Shown here: piece after piece, positions 1-9,684 of the stretch
Numbering within the stretch: the first letter of the stretch is position 1
Layout: each line of letters starts with the position of its first letter
Origin: Bdellovibrionales bacterium
GTDB lineage: Bacteria > Bdellovibrionota > Bdellovibrionia > Bdellovibrionales > JAGQZY01
Length of the DNA: 64,000 nucleotides
NCBI GenBank assembly: GCA_964230645.1
Contig: CAXRHT010000001.1
Coordinates: forward strand, 320,001 to 384,000
Direction: 5' to 3'
Notes under the pieces: model-generated
What the model was told of the DNA's origin: nothing
Database searches by the model: none
The model's input: the letters and a program-made list of their open reading frames with translations, nothing else
Program-made: the position numbers and the translations under genes

Positions 1-198
1 ACTGACCACCAGAAATCCGGTTTTTTTAAGCTCCCTGGTTAAAAAATCACTCACCCTCTCGTCGGCCTCGGTCACTGGAGAGCCATCTTCTTTAGCAACA
101 GGAACACGCATTTGAGGATCTTTGGCCAAATTCTCTAGTAATATTCCGGCTTTATAGAGGATTCCGTTAATTTCGTCGGGATCAAAGTTTAAAGACAT
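1..198 (-). CDS. N-terminal part of a CysQ / inositol monophosphatase family phosphatase (runs off the window edge)
   Basis: Manual translation from ATG at 198 gives MSLNFDPDEINGILYKAGILLENLAKDPQMRVPVAKEDGSPVTEADERVSDFL. KxDxSPVTxAD is the family signature; AGGAGAG RBS upstream. Confidence 0.8.
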   Translation of the reverse strand, partial: MSLNFDPDEINGILYKAGILLENLAKDPQMRVPVAKEDGSPVTEADERVSDFLTRELKKTGFLVVS

Positions 199-307
199 AT
201 CTCTCCTAGTATGTGATGCGTGCAAAAATGTTAAGTTTTTATTGCGGGTTGGGGCTGTGCGTGTTACTTGTCGGTGCTTACGTTAATCAAAGACCGAGGA
301 ATTTGCT

Positions 308-487
308 ATGGCGAAAAAAGGAAAAGTTCGAATCATAACTCTTGAGTGCACCGAAGCCCGTAAACTAGGCCAACCCCCTTCTCGCTACACAACGAAGAAG
401 AACTTCCAAACTCATCCAGAAAGATTGGAAAAAAAGAAGTACAACCCTTTCCTAAGAAAGCACACTGTACATAAAGAAATTAAGTAA
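308..487 (+). CDS. rpmG: 50S ribosomal protein L33 (form lacking the zinc-ribbon cysteines)
   Basis: Manual translation [59 protein letters not shown] (59 aa, not in the ORF track); GAGGA RBS. Confidence 0.96.
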   Translation: MAKKGKVRIITLECTEARKLGQPPSRYTTKKNFQTHPERLEKKKYNPFLRKHTVHKEIK

Positions 488-509
488 ATTTCTTATTTCT
501 TTTGCGAAA

Positions 510-543
510 TAAAAAAAGGGATTCATTAGAATCCCTTTTTTAT
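510..543. terminator. Bidirectional intrinsic terminator
   Basis: AAAAAAAGGGATTC-ATTA-GAATCCCTTTTTT between convergent rpmG and the TPR gene. Confidence 0.85.
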
Positions 544-579
544 TGCCTTATTTTAGGCTTATAAAGCTTTTAAGACCAC

Positions 580-1881
580 CTACATAGCCTGGCTATCAAC
601 CTCACTGTCCTCGTCAGTCTTGGCGTATTTTTCAGGATTTAAGCGCATATCTTCGGTTTTGGTATACTCAAGCCACTGATCCGCTTGTCGCTCCACCTTT
701 TTGGAAGCTTTCTTAGCCTCCTTAAAAGAGTCAGAAGCCGCATCAAACTTTTTGAGATTAAAATTGGCAACTCCAAGAGCCATATGCACATGTTGTGGGT
801 TACGAATACTTCCCTTTTTAAGGCCTTGAGAAAGATACTTAGAGGCTTTCTCCCAGTTCTCTTGCTCGAGATAAATTCGCCCTTGTTTTGCAAAGATACG
901 ACCGTCTTCAGCCATCTTAGCCGACTGAGCATAGGCCTCAAGACCCTTGTCCATCTCTTCAGCAGCCACCCAGGCATCTCCCAGGATCTCGTAGTTCTTC
1001 TGAGATTTTTTAACCTTACCCTCTTTGAGAGATTTCTCTAGAAGTTTGGCGCCTTTTAATGGAATTCCACCATAAATGAACAAACTTACAAGATTCATAA
1101 TCTCCGAGTCTTGCTCAAGGTAGTTTCCTTTTTCAGCAAGTTCCATGGTCGCTAAAGCTTTTTTATTCTCTTCGAGGTTGAGGTAAACACCCGTGAGCTG
1201 CTTCCAATATTTTTTCTTTTGTGGGTACATGCCCGTGAGCTTTTCTAACAAACGACCGGCTTCTTTAAAACGCTCAAGTTGATAGTTCATAGCCACAGCG
1301 AATGCCAACCAGGACTCCTGAGGTTTTTTGCTCATATCAATAGCTTTTGTCACAAGCTCGAGAGCTGCTTTTTCTTTTTTCATTTGAGCGAAAATCGTGG
1401 CTTTTAAAACGTAGGCTTCAGGGCTTGGCTCATCAGCCAGCTTGAACCACAAATCCACTGTTTTAAGAGCTTCGGTGTACTTTTCTTGAGAAACTTGGAT
1501 TTGCCCCACCATATAGAGTGTAGAAAGGGTGGCTCCATAAGGAAGAGCCTTAAGTTCCAAGGACTTTTTCATATATTCAATAGCATTGCCAAACTGATCC
1601 TTTTGAGCGTAGGCGTGCCCCATTGCTTGAAGCACCTGTGCGAGCTCATGAGGCCGAGAGGCCGTTGATTTTTCGAGGCGTTTTAATACATCAAGAGCAT
1701 CGTTGATCTTGTCTTTGCCCAAAAGAGAATGAGCTCTCGAAAGCCTGCGGTGAGTTCCCTTGGAGGTCAGCGCGGCACTTCGACTCTTTAGCTCTTCTTT
1801 AGAAATATCTAAGAAAGCTTGAGAGAAGTTAAAACTCACAAGAGTTAAAACTAGTAGAGCTGTTTGAATAGATTTTTTCAT
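580..1881 (-). CDS. Exported tetratricopeptide-repeat protein of the TonB operon (TtpD-like)
   Basis: Signal peptide, repeated TPR-like helical motifs, position directly downstream of tonB. Confidence 0.8.
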   Translation of the reverse strand: MKKSIQTALLVLTLVSFNFSQAFLDISKEELKSRSAALTSKGTHRRLSRAHSLLGKDKINDALDVLKRLEKSTASRPHELAQVLQAMGHAYAQKDQFGNAIEYMKKSLELKALPYGATLSTLYMVGQIQVSQEKYTEALKTVDLWFKLADEPSPEAYVLKATIFAQMKKEKAALELVTKAIDMSKKPQESWLAFAVAMNYQLERFKEAGRLLEKLTGMYPQKKKYWKQLTGVYLNLEENKKALATMELAEKGNYLEQDSEIMNLVSLFIYGGIPLKGAKLLEKSLKEGKVKKSQKNYEILGDAWVAAEEMDKGLEAYAQSAKMAEDGRIFAKQGRIYLEQENWEKASKYLSQGLKKGSIRNPQHVHMALGVANFNLKKFDAASDSFKEAKKASKKVERQADQWLEYTKTEDMRLNPEKYAKTDEDSEVDSQAM

Positions 1882-2057
1882 ATCAGTTGTCCCCTTGGTT
1901 TCCTACCACTTTGCTTTTTACCAATTTCTGGTTCACCTAGCGAAGGAAGTTTTACCAAAAATAACGCGTTTTGTCAGCATCCTCAGAATTGATGAAAGTA
2001 TTACAGGATAATCTGTACATCCTCTAAACAGCTCTGAGAGCGGATAGCAGGCTCAAA

Positions 2058-2690
2058 CTACTCCAACTTGAAGTCCAATTGAACCTTTTCGCCTCGTTTA
2101 ACCACTGGTTTGCCGCCTTCAATCTGTGGCTTGTACTTCCATTTGAGAAGGGCTCTTTTGGCCGCCATATCGAAAACACGCCGAGGTTTTGAATCGAGAA
2201 CCTCCACATTGCTAACAGCCCCGGTTTCAGTGATATCAAAGGACAAACGAACCCATCCCGTAATTCCCTGCATGGCTGCTTTACGAGGGTATTGAGGCTC
2301 TATTCGTACAATCGGTGTGACGGCACTCCCTGTACCACCACTTCCGGCCGCTCCCAAATAGGGTCCATTCCCTTTTAATGAGGTGCTCATTTTAGGAAGA
2401 TTCATATTCATCTGAGGCTTATTCGGTTGGTCGGCGGCCACCGCTAACTTTTGAGGAGGTGGTGGTTTCTTTGGTTCTGGCGGTTTTTTAGGAAGTTGTC
2501 TTTTCCTTTCTTGCACTGTGGTATCTCTTTTGACTCGCACAAATTCAATGAAGTTTTCAGAATCATCCGACTTGTTGAGATTTTGCCCCCCTGAAATCAG
2601 TTGGGACATTAAATAAAAAAGAGAGAAGCTAACGACGACCCCAAGGCCCCCGGCTTTTGCTAATCGAAGACTCGCAGAACTATTCATCAT
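2058..2690 (-). CDS. tonB: Energy transducer TonB (short TonB2 type)
   Basis: N-terminal TM helix, Pro/Lys-rich linker (KKPPEPKKPPPPQK), TonB_C domain (PQYPRKA...G.V...FDI...G.V...W.Y.P). Confidence 0.93.
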   Translation of the reverse strand: MMNSSASLRLAKAGGLGVVVSFSLFYLMSQLISGGQNLNKSDDSENFIEFVRVKRDTTVQERKRQLPKKPPEPKKPPPPQKLAVAADQPNKPQMNMNLPKMSTSLKGNGPYLGAAGSGGTGSAVTPIVRIEPQYPRKAAMQGITGWVRLSFDITETGAVSNVEVLDSKPRRVFDMAAKRALLKWKYKPQIEGGKPVVKRGEKVQLDFKLE

Positions 2691-2695
2691 AGACC

Positions 2696-3106
2696 TTATC
2701 CACCTGACCCTGGCGCCGCAGAAACAGAGATGCTTTCTACACCGGCCAATCGGATTTGATCCATTACCTGAACTAGGATTCCCGTCTCAGACAATTTATC
2801 AGCTTGAATGACAACAGTTCCCTCAGGACTCTCGGCATGCAATCTTTCTATGTTGGCTCTAACTGAGCGAATATCCACTCGACGCTTTTGAATCCAAATC
2901 TCTCCCGTCTGAGATATACCCACAAGGATAGAAGCTCGTTCTTTTTTCTTGGCAGTGGAAGCAGAAGGACGGTTAACGTCAATTCCTGATTCTTTTACAA
3001 ATGAAGTTGTTACGATAAAGAAAATCAACATGATAAAAACCACGTCGAGCATTGGGGTCAAATCGATTCCCGCATCTTCTTCCTGGTTTTGTCTACGTCT
3101 TCTCAT
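2696..3106 (-). CDS. exbD: Biopolymer transport protein ExbD
   Basis: IDLTPMLDVVFIMLIFFIVTT signature. Confidence 0.95.
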   Translation of the reverse strand: MRRRRQNQEEDAGIDLTPMLDVVFIMLIFFIVTTSFVKESGIDVNRPSASTAKKKERASILVGISQTGEIWIQKRRVDIRSVRANIERLHAESPEGTVVIQADKLSETGILVQVMDQIRLAGVESISVSAAPGSGG

Positions 3107-3118
3107 AAAGTTTATCCT

Positions 3119-3640
3119 TTAACTTAAAGGGAGCGAGTCAGCGAGTTTCTGCTGCTCCTTTTTGGCTTTTGATTCAAGTAGGCTTCCAAAATAGAGTCCG
3201 GATAGGGCTGCTACCATTCCCGCCATTGTAGGAATCGTCGCCATCGAAATTCCTGAAGCCATAAGTCGAGCGTTTCCTGTTCCCGTTTCGGCCATAACAT
3301 CAAACACTGCGATCATTCCGGTCACTGTACCAAGCAGTCCTAATAGAGGGCACATGGCCACTAACATTTTAATAAACGAAATGTTTTGGCTAAGTCTTGT
3401 CGACATTTTCGAAATCTTCATTTGGCGGATTTTATGGGCATGCCAAGAGGATCTTTCACTGCGGGCTTGCCAAGACTCCACCGCCTGTTCTTTTTCCTTT
3501 GGAAATTCATTTTTGTAATACATGAATCTTTCGATAATAAGAGACCATAGCAGAACCAAGGTAAAGAGAATCATCCAAAGGACATTCCCTCCTCTCTCCA
3601 TAAAATCTCGAATGACATCAACGATATCCAGAACGAACAT
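3119..3640 (-). CDS. exbB: MotA/TolQ/ExbB proton-channel protein (ExbB2-like)
   Basis: PLLGLLGTVTGMI...GISMA..PT.AG motifs, three TM segments. Confidence 0.9.
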   Translation of the reverse strand: MFVLDIVDVIRDFMERGGNVLWMILFTLVLLWSLIIERFMYYKNEFPKEKEQAVESWQARSERSSWHAHKIRQMKISKMSTRLSQNISFIKMLVAMCPLLGLLGTVTGMIAVFDVMAETGTGNARLMASGISMATIPTMAGMVAALSGLYFGSLLESKAKKEQQKLADSLPLS

Positions 3641-3643
3641 AAA

Positions 3644-4981
3644 TTAAGCCTTGCCACCTTTTTCAGCTCTCTGGGCGACCATTCCAGCACTCTCTTCCTC
3701 TAGAATTTGTACAAGCCCTTTGGACTTAGTCGCTACTAGATTGTGAAGTAAAAGAAGTGGGATGGCACAAACAAGTCCAAGAACCGTTGTGATCAGGGCT
3801 TGAGAAATACCACCGGCCATAAGCTTGGGATCTCCAGTACCGAACAAAGTAATCGATTGGAATGTGGCAATCATACCAGTCACTGTCCCAAGGAGACCAA
3901 GGAGAGGAGCGACGGCTGCCAAAATCTTGATCGTACCAATTCTTTTTTCAAGAGGTGGTGTACTTTTAAGGATTGCCTCATCCATTTTAAGTTCAAGAGT
4001 TTCAAGATCACGAGTTTTATTTTCCTCAAAAGCCAGCATGATTTTACCAAGAGCATTGTCATTAGAGGCTGTGGAGTTACCCATTTGCTTTTTAATTTTA
4101 TCGCCCTCTTCTTTCAGAGTTTTTACTCTTTCAAGAACAAGTCCAATTCCAAGGAAAAGTAAGGCAATAATGACATACCCAACAAGTCCACCCTGCTGGA
4201 TTCTCTCCCAAAAACTAGGAGCTCTTACAAGCATAGATAGTAAAGAGCCGCGGGACGGGTCGATGGCAAAGGCTTCGTAACCACTTTTGGCTTCTACTAA
4301 GTCATCTATTGTTCCTGTATAACGTCCTGAAGGCTGCCTGGCTAACTCCACCACTTGACCTGTTGACGGTTGGTAGTCGAGGTAGATGCCTTGACTAACA
4401 AGGTTGAAAGCTCCCACTCGAGTGACCTGTTGCTCGGCTTTTTCACCGTCTGTTTTAACAACTGTGGTTTTGAATGTGGTTGTCTTTCCTGTTTCAGTCA
4501 TTTGGCGCTGAAGTTCGTACCAAAGCTTTTCTAACTCAGGTATTCCGGGAAGACTTTTCGTGCTTGCCATTTTCTGTGCAAACTTCTCTCTGCCTTGTAT
4601 TTGCGCGGACACCACGGAGTTTTCAACCACTCCCTTGAAGTCACCAGCGACCTGCCGAACCACACCGAACATCTCACCAAGAGTCCCCATGGCTAAGTTT
4701 AGTTCTTCTTCAAGCTTTGCTAGCTTTTTGTCGTTTTTTTCAAAGATTCCCGTTAATCGAGCGGTTTCTCTTTCGAGCTCATTGAGCTCGGCTTGAGCTT
4801 CACGAAGAAGAGCTTGTTGCTTATTCTTTTCTTTTACGAAACGCGCTTCTCTTTCTCTGTACTCTTTAGACTGGGTGATACTTTCCTGTCTCACCTTTTG
4901 TAACAACTCATCGAGAGTGGCTCCGTAAGAAAGGGCAGGAACTAGTAAAAATGTGGCGATTAAAATATTAAAGAGTTTCAA
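3644..4981 (-). CDS. Large ExbB-family protein with periplasmic coiled-coil N-domain (TtpC-like)
   Basis: Signal peptide, long coiled coil, C-terminal APLLGLLGTVTGMI..FQ.ITLFGTGDPKLMAGGISQAL; position in the operon. Confidence 0.88.
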   Translation of the reverse strand: MKLFNILIATFLLVPALSYGATLDELLQKVRQESITQSKEYREREARFVKEKNKQQALLREAQAELNELERETARLTGIFEKNDKKLAKLEEELNLAMGTLGEMFGVVRQVAGDFKGVVENSVVSAQIQGREKFAQKMASTKSLPGIPELEKLWYELQRQMTETGKTTTFKTTVVKTDGEKAEQQVTRVGAFNLVSQGIYLDYQPSTGQVVELARQPSGRYTGTIDDLVEAKSGYEAFAIDPSRGSLLSMLVRAPSFWERIQQGGLVGYVIIALLFLGIGLVLERVKTLKEEGDKIKKQMGNSTASNDNALGKIMLAFEENKTRDLETLELKMDEAILKSTPPLEKRIGTIKILAAVAPLLGLLGTVTGMIATFQSITLFGTGDPKLMAGGISQALITTVLGLVCAIPLLLLHNLVATKSKGLVQILEEESAGMVAQRAEKGGKA

Positions 4982-5795
4982 CTTGGGCCTCCACCGGTGC
5001 GGGTACTGGCATTTCTAAGAGCTCAGGGGCTGACTGCTTACGCGCCATCTTAAGACCCTGAAGGATCGGTTTACGATAACTGCTTGAAAGTTCTTTCCAC
5101 TTACGTTCTTTTTGATCCCAATAACCTTGAGTTTCTCCATCAAGGGTTTGATAAACCAAAGAGACTCTTCCAACGCGAAGAAAGTCCACTGTTAACTCTT
5201 TACCATCGACTGTCTGCAGCCCACGGTAAGCCTCAATCGTTCTTCCGTATTCGTTCTCAATTTGGAAAGCTTCCAAAATATTACGAAACTTTTCTGAAGT
5301 AGAGACTTTCGCCTTGTCCATTAACTTTTTTAAGTTGGCGATTCGACGACTTCTTTCTTTTGGAAGAAAGGGAACGTCCAGCTCCACAAATTTTTCAAGG
5401 CTTGCAAGCATGCGAAGCATAAGAGGAAAAATTTCTTTATTGGTGTTTTGGAGCTGCTCGATTTGTTTAGCAATCGAGGTCATCTCGTTTTCTTGAGAAT
5501 CAATCAGTTTTCGCAACTGATCGTTATAGACTTTCGCATTTTCTATACGTCGCAAAGTCGCGCGGTATTCATCTACGATGGTTCTGGTTTTCTCCGCCGT
5601 TTCTGAGACTCGCTCCTGTGAATCTTTGGCCGCCTTGTCGACTTTCATTTGCTCTTTCTGTGTGTCTTTAAGCTTCTTTTCCTGAGCCTTTAGCTCAGGG
5701 GTTGTCATGAAGCTGACAGTAAAAAGCGATATTAAAACGACAAGAGTCAAAACCCGACTCGCTCTCTTTGATTGTCTGTTATATAAGCTATTCAT
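4968..5795 (-). CDS. DUF3450-family periplasmic coiled-coil protein (TtpB-like)
   Basis: LD.PFL..ER..R, SEKFR.ILEA.QIE.EYGRTIE.Y and DFLRVGR motifs; first gene of the TonB2-type operon. Confidence 0.85.
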   Translation of the reverse strand: MNSLYNRQSKRASRVLTLVVLISLFTVSFMTTPELKAQEKKLKDTQKEQMKVDKAAKDSQERVSETAEKTRTIVDEYRATLRRIENAKVYNDQLRKLIDSQENEMTSIAKQIEQLQNTNKEIFPLMLRMLASLEKFVELDVPFLPKERSRRIANLKKLMDKAKVSTSEKFRNILEAFQIENEYGRTIEAYRGLQTVDGKELTVDFLRVGRVSLVYQTLDGETQGYWDQKERKWKELSSSYRKPILQGLKMARKQSAPELLEMPVPAPVEAQVETL

Positions 5796-6026
5796 AATAC
5801 CTCTCGAATAATCGCAGCCCGAGATACTAACCTCCCAATCCTCGAAAAATCAAGAATTGAATCGATTTCACGGGGCTCCTCTTCTCAAATAAACAATTTA
5901 AACTCTAAAAACAAATTGAGGCTCTTTAAAGTCCCCTAACACCCCAGTTCAATCAACGCTCCTTGTCTGACACAACCAGCCTGCTTTTTAGGCGCCTTAG
6001 CATTTAGCAATCCAAACAAAGCCAAT

Positions 6027-6057
6027 AAAAAAAAGGGAGTTAACTCTCCCTTTTTTC
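6027..6057. terminator. Intrinsic terminator downstream of TBDR 1
   Basis: AAAAAAAGGGAG-TTAACT-CTCCCTTTTTT. Confidence 0.8.
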
Positions 6058-6075
6058 TTCAAACCCGTTGAATTT

Positions 6076-8730
6076 TTAAAAATCTTGCCGATAAGTTAGA
6101 CCGAAAGTTCGACCAAAAGGACTGTAGAGGTCCGAATTGAGGTAACCGGTTGACTGGTAGTCATAGGATTGTGGACGGTCGGTATCAAAAACATTTTGCA
6201 CCATGAATGCGAAGGTTCCATCCCACGAGGCAGCGTACTGAACGCGAAGATCTAGCTCGGAGTGGTCTCTGGTTTTACCAAAGATACCTGGGTCATCATT
6301 CAAAGCCGCCTTGTTCTGTTCACCAATCGTTCTTACTACAAGTGAGTAATCCCAGGTTCGGTTCCCTAAACCAACTCTGACATTATTTCTCCAGTAAGGG
6401 TTTCCATAGTATCCCAACTGGTTTTCCGAACCGAGTCCTGGAAACTGCTCAACGTCAAGACTTAGCAACAATGAGTGACTCACTCCCGCACGAAGTTTGT
6501 AACTTCCAAAAACAGGAAGAGAATAATCTAGCTGCAAATCAAGTCCACTCACATCCTTAGAGGCAAGGTTGACCGAAGGGGCAATGATTCGCTGAATCTG
6601 ATCGTTTGTTGAGTTACGAATGACATCGAGTCCAAAACTTTGAAGGTATGGACGACCAAAAGCTCTTTCAGCACGGAAAAGATTTCTCATGCCGGTCGGT
6701 GTAGTAACATCAGTCACAACGTTTTCCTGGTGCACACCCCAATAATCAACAACGAAAGATAAGTCTCTTAGAAGCTGGAGGACAAATCCAACGTTATAAG
6801 ACTGTGTTGTTTCTTCTTTAAGATCTGGGTTCCCTCCAACCAACGCTTCAAACTGAGTTTCTTGCCCTGTCACAGGATCACTTCCAAAAGGAAAGCCTGT
6901 TGTTTGAGTTTGGTAAAGGTCTTGTAAAGAAGGAGCGCGGTATCCCGTTCCAAAGGACCCTCTGAAAAGGAGAGCTTGAATAGGTTTGTAACGAAGACCG
7001 AGCTTAGGGTTGAAGGTTGAACCAAAATCGGAATAATTATCAAAACGACCAGCTAGCTGCACTTCCATTCCAGTGAAAGGCGGTAAGGCGAACTCGACAT
7101 AAGCTGACTGAATGTCTCGGCGGCCTTGCCCCACAGCCGAAGCTCCTCCACCCCACTGGGCACCGGAACCGGTGATTAAATCGTTAGTCTGCTCATAAGT
7201 TTGCCAGGCGTTTTGCGCTCCGACGGCCATACTTAAAGGACCCGCTGGCAGATTAAACAATTCTCCGGTCGCCTGAGCAACAACAGTCGACATTGATGAC
7301 TTAATTATATCTTGTGGCTGATAGGCCGCTGAACTAACGTCGTCTTTGTTGTTCGGAGCTGCGAAGGGATTAAAATCTCCTGATTGAACAAGATTAAAAA
7401 GAATCTGTTTATTGTAATAACCCTGCACACCTCTATTGGTTGTTGAAGAGGCACCATGAGTGGCGGCCACTTCCCACTCCCAAGTATCAGACATATAGCC
7501 CTCAACTCCAGTTTGTAAGGCGAAACTGTCACTGACAACTTCAGAAACTCTTGGTCCACCTTCTCCGACCAAACGATATCTAACATAGGCCAAATCATCG
7601 TTAGCACTGAGGCCCCAACCTTGAGCCGTGGCTTGATCAATTTCAGTGTTCAAACCACCTGTTGCCGTGTCATCGCGAAACTGATCCGGTGGTGGTGCCA
7701 ATTGGCTGGTAACATCACGGTGGGTGTAAATACCACGAGCATAGGTGTTTAAAGATTCATTAATTTCATAGTTCCCCGACAACAAGGCACTGTACTGATC
7801 AATGGATGGAGTAATTTGTGAATAAGGCGAATAGTCAAACCCACAAAAACGACTCACCGGCTGACCATCGGGTTGAATTTCAAATATTCGACCAGCAGGA
7901 CAGGGGTCATTTCCGCCACCAGCTTGCGTTCCTGTACTCGGATCTTTATCCAACCAGTTACCTGGGCTACTGCGCGTACTGAAATCTTTTAGTAAAGGTT
8001 GTGCGTAATCATAGTCACGACTCCAAGTCTCCTCATTCGAACGATATTGAAGGACCCCAAGAAAAGAGCCTTTATTAAAAGTTTTACCATAACTGGCTTT
8101 AATATCGTTTCTCATCCCACCGGGACTATCAGGCACAAAAGAGCCTAGCTCGATAGAAGCTCCATCATAATTCTTTTTGGTGATAACGTTTATCACACCA
8201 CCAAGAGCATCGGATCCGTAAGTGGCTGATGCACCATCTTTTAGGATTTCAATTCTCTCAACTGCTGCCATTGGAATCAACGAAAGGTCCACGGAAGTTC
8301 CCCCTCCGATGGTAGGCAGCCTTTTTCCATCCATGAGGACTAGAATTCTCTCGGCACCAAACCCCCTTAAAGAAGTTGTGGATGCTCCTGTCGCTGCCCC
8401 TCCCTGTAACGAGGTTTCGCGATAACCACCAAAACTCGCAACGGTTGTGTCTCGAAGCACATCTCCGACGTTATTAAAACCTGACTTATCAAGATACTCG
8501 CGATCCAAAGTCAAAACAGGTGAAGGACCCTCAACATCGATTCGTTTAATGTGGGAACCAGTCACTTGAATTTTTTCTACTCCAGCGCCAGAAGACTGCG
8601 TCTGTGGCTCTTCTTCTTGCACCTCTGTGGTATCGGCATCGACTGTTGAAGTGGTTTCCGTTTCTTGCGCGAGCAAATTTGTTGGAAATAAGAACATTCC
8701 CAAAATTAAAATCAGCGTTTTAATCATCAT
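6076..8730 (-). CDS. TonB-dependent outer-membrane receptor 1
   Basis: Signal peptide, TonB box EKIQVTGS, plug motif ERIEILKDGASATYGSDALGGVINVITK, C-terminal Phe. Confidence 0.95.
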   Translation of the reverse strand: MMIKTLILILGMFLFPTNLLAQETETTSTVDADTTEVQEEEPQTQSSGAGVEKIQVTGSHIKRIDVEGPSPVLTLDREYLDKSGFNNVGDVLRDTTVASFGGYRETSLQGGAATGASTTSLRGFGAERILVLMDGKRLPTIGGGTSVDLSLIPMAAVERIEILKDGASATYGSDALGGVINVITKKNYDGASIELGSFVPDSPGGMRNDIKASYGKTFNKGSFLGVLQYRSNEETWSRDYDYAQPLLKDFSTRSSPGNWLDKDPSTGTQAGGGNDPCPAGRIFEIQPDGQPVSRFCGFDYSPYSQITPSIDQYSALLSGNYEINESLNTYARGIYTHRDVTSQLAPPPDQFRDDTATGGLNTEIDQATAQGWGLSANDDLAYVRYRLVGEGGPRVSEVVSDSFALQTGVEGYMSDTWEWEVAATHGASSTTNRGVQGYYNKQILFNLVQSGDFNPFAAPNNKDDVSSAAYQPQDIIKSSMSTVVAQATGELFNLPAGPLSMAVGAQNAWQTYEQTNDLITGSGAQWGGGASAVGQGRRDIQSAYVEFALPPFTGMEVQLAGRFDNYSDFGSTFNPKLGLRYKPIQALLFRGSFGTGYRAPSLQDLYQTQTTGFPFGSDPVTGQETQFEALVGGNPDLKEETTQSYNVGFVLQLLRDLSFVVDYWGVHQENVVTDVTTPTGMRNLFRAERAFGRPYLQSFGLDVIRNSTNDQIQRIIAPSVNLASKDVSGLDLQLDYSLPVFGSYKLRAGVSHSLLLSLDVEQFPGLGSENQLGYYGNPYWRNNVRVGLGNRTWDYSLVVRTIGEQNKAALNDDPGIFGKTRDHSELDLRVQYAASWDGTFAFMVQNVFDTDRPQSYDYQSTGYLNSDLYSPFGRTFGLTYRQDF

Positions 8731-9029
8731 CTGTACCCCATCGAAAAATTAATGAAAAATTGACGTTTCCTTAAAGATTCCGCCCCGAGGTGATTTTCTA
8801 AGCCATTCAGAGAAAATCACTCAAACAAAAAACAGGTGATACCAGGCGTTAACTACAGGTTTTAAGTCAGGATCTAAAATTACGCCCCGCTCTTGCTCAA
8901 TATAGGAGCAACGTTGCCGCTTTCATTGTTTTATTTTTGTTCAATTCCATGGACCTTTCTCATCACTGAGTTGACCCTTTCCGCCCATGAGAGGTAGGTA
9001 CTTCCTAAAAATGCGCTAGGAGATCTAAG

Positions 9030-9566
9030 ATGTTTAAAAAAATTGCCCTTGTACTAAGCTTTGTTTTATCCGCCCAAACCGGAAATAGTGCTTTTCTTTT
9101 TAGTCCATCAATTACCCATATGGAGCACAGTGAAGAGACCGCTAATAACCCTGAAAGAAATGTAAAGATGACCCTTATTGATTTGCGTCTTGGATATCTA
9201 ATGGATTTTGGACTTTATTTAGGTGGGCTCTACTCCTTACAAGACTACGAACTCTTGAGAGATTCTTCGGATTCTTTTTTTGGCCCGAGTGTGGGTTATT
9301 TTAACTCCGGTTTTTTCGCGGCCTTAACTTATTATCTCTATGGAGAGAGAGACCTTACTAATGGTAGCGGAAAATATTCTGATGTTTCCGGTTACCAAAT
9401 CGACATCTCTTATTCCGTTCCTGTTGCAGAAAACATTTTAATGGGCCCGCAACTGACTTATCACAATTACGAGTTTGGGGATTTTCAACAAAATGGCAAC
9501 TCATCTTCTACAGAATATAAATACTCTGGACTGACGCCCTATTTCAATCTGACTTTCATATTTTAA
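9030..9566 (+). CDS. Small outer-membrane beta-barrel protein
   Basis: AGGAG RBS, signal peptide, alternating aromatic beta-strands, C-terminal ...YFNLTFIF. Confidence 0.75.
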   Translation: MFKKIALVLSFVLSAQTGNSAFLFSPSITHMEHSEETANNPERNVKMTLIDLRLGYLMDFGLYLGGLYSLQDYELLRDSSDSFFGPSVGYFNSGFFAALTYYLYGERDLTNGSGKYSDVSGYQIDISYSVPVAENILMGPQLTYHNYEFGDFQQNGNSSSTEYKYSGLTPYFNLTFIF

Positions 9567-9627
9567 AAAAGCTTTTATAATTGTGGCTAATAAGCTTACT
9601 TTCGTTTCTTTGAAATCTTTCAAAGCA

Positions 9628-9665
9628 AATAAAAAAAAGCCTGGTTTGACCAGGCTTTTTTTATT
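9628..9665. terminator. Bidirectional intrinsic terminator
   Basis: AAAAAAAAGCCTGGT-TTG-ACCAGGCTTTTTTT between convergent genes. Confidence 0.88.
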
Positions 9666-9684
9666 CGCAATTTCAATTTCTACT

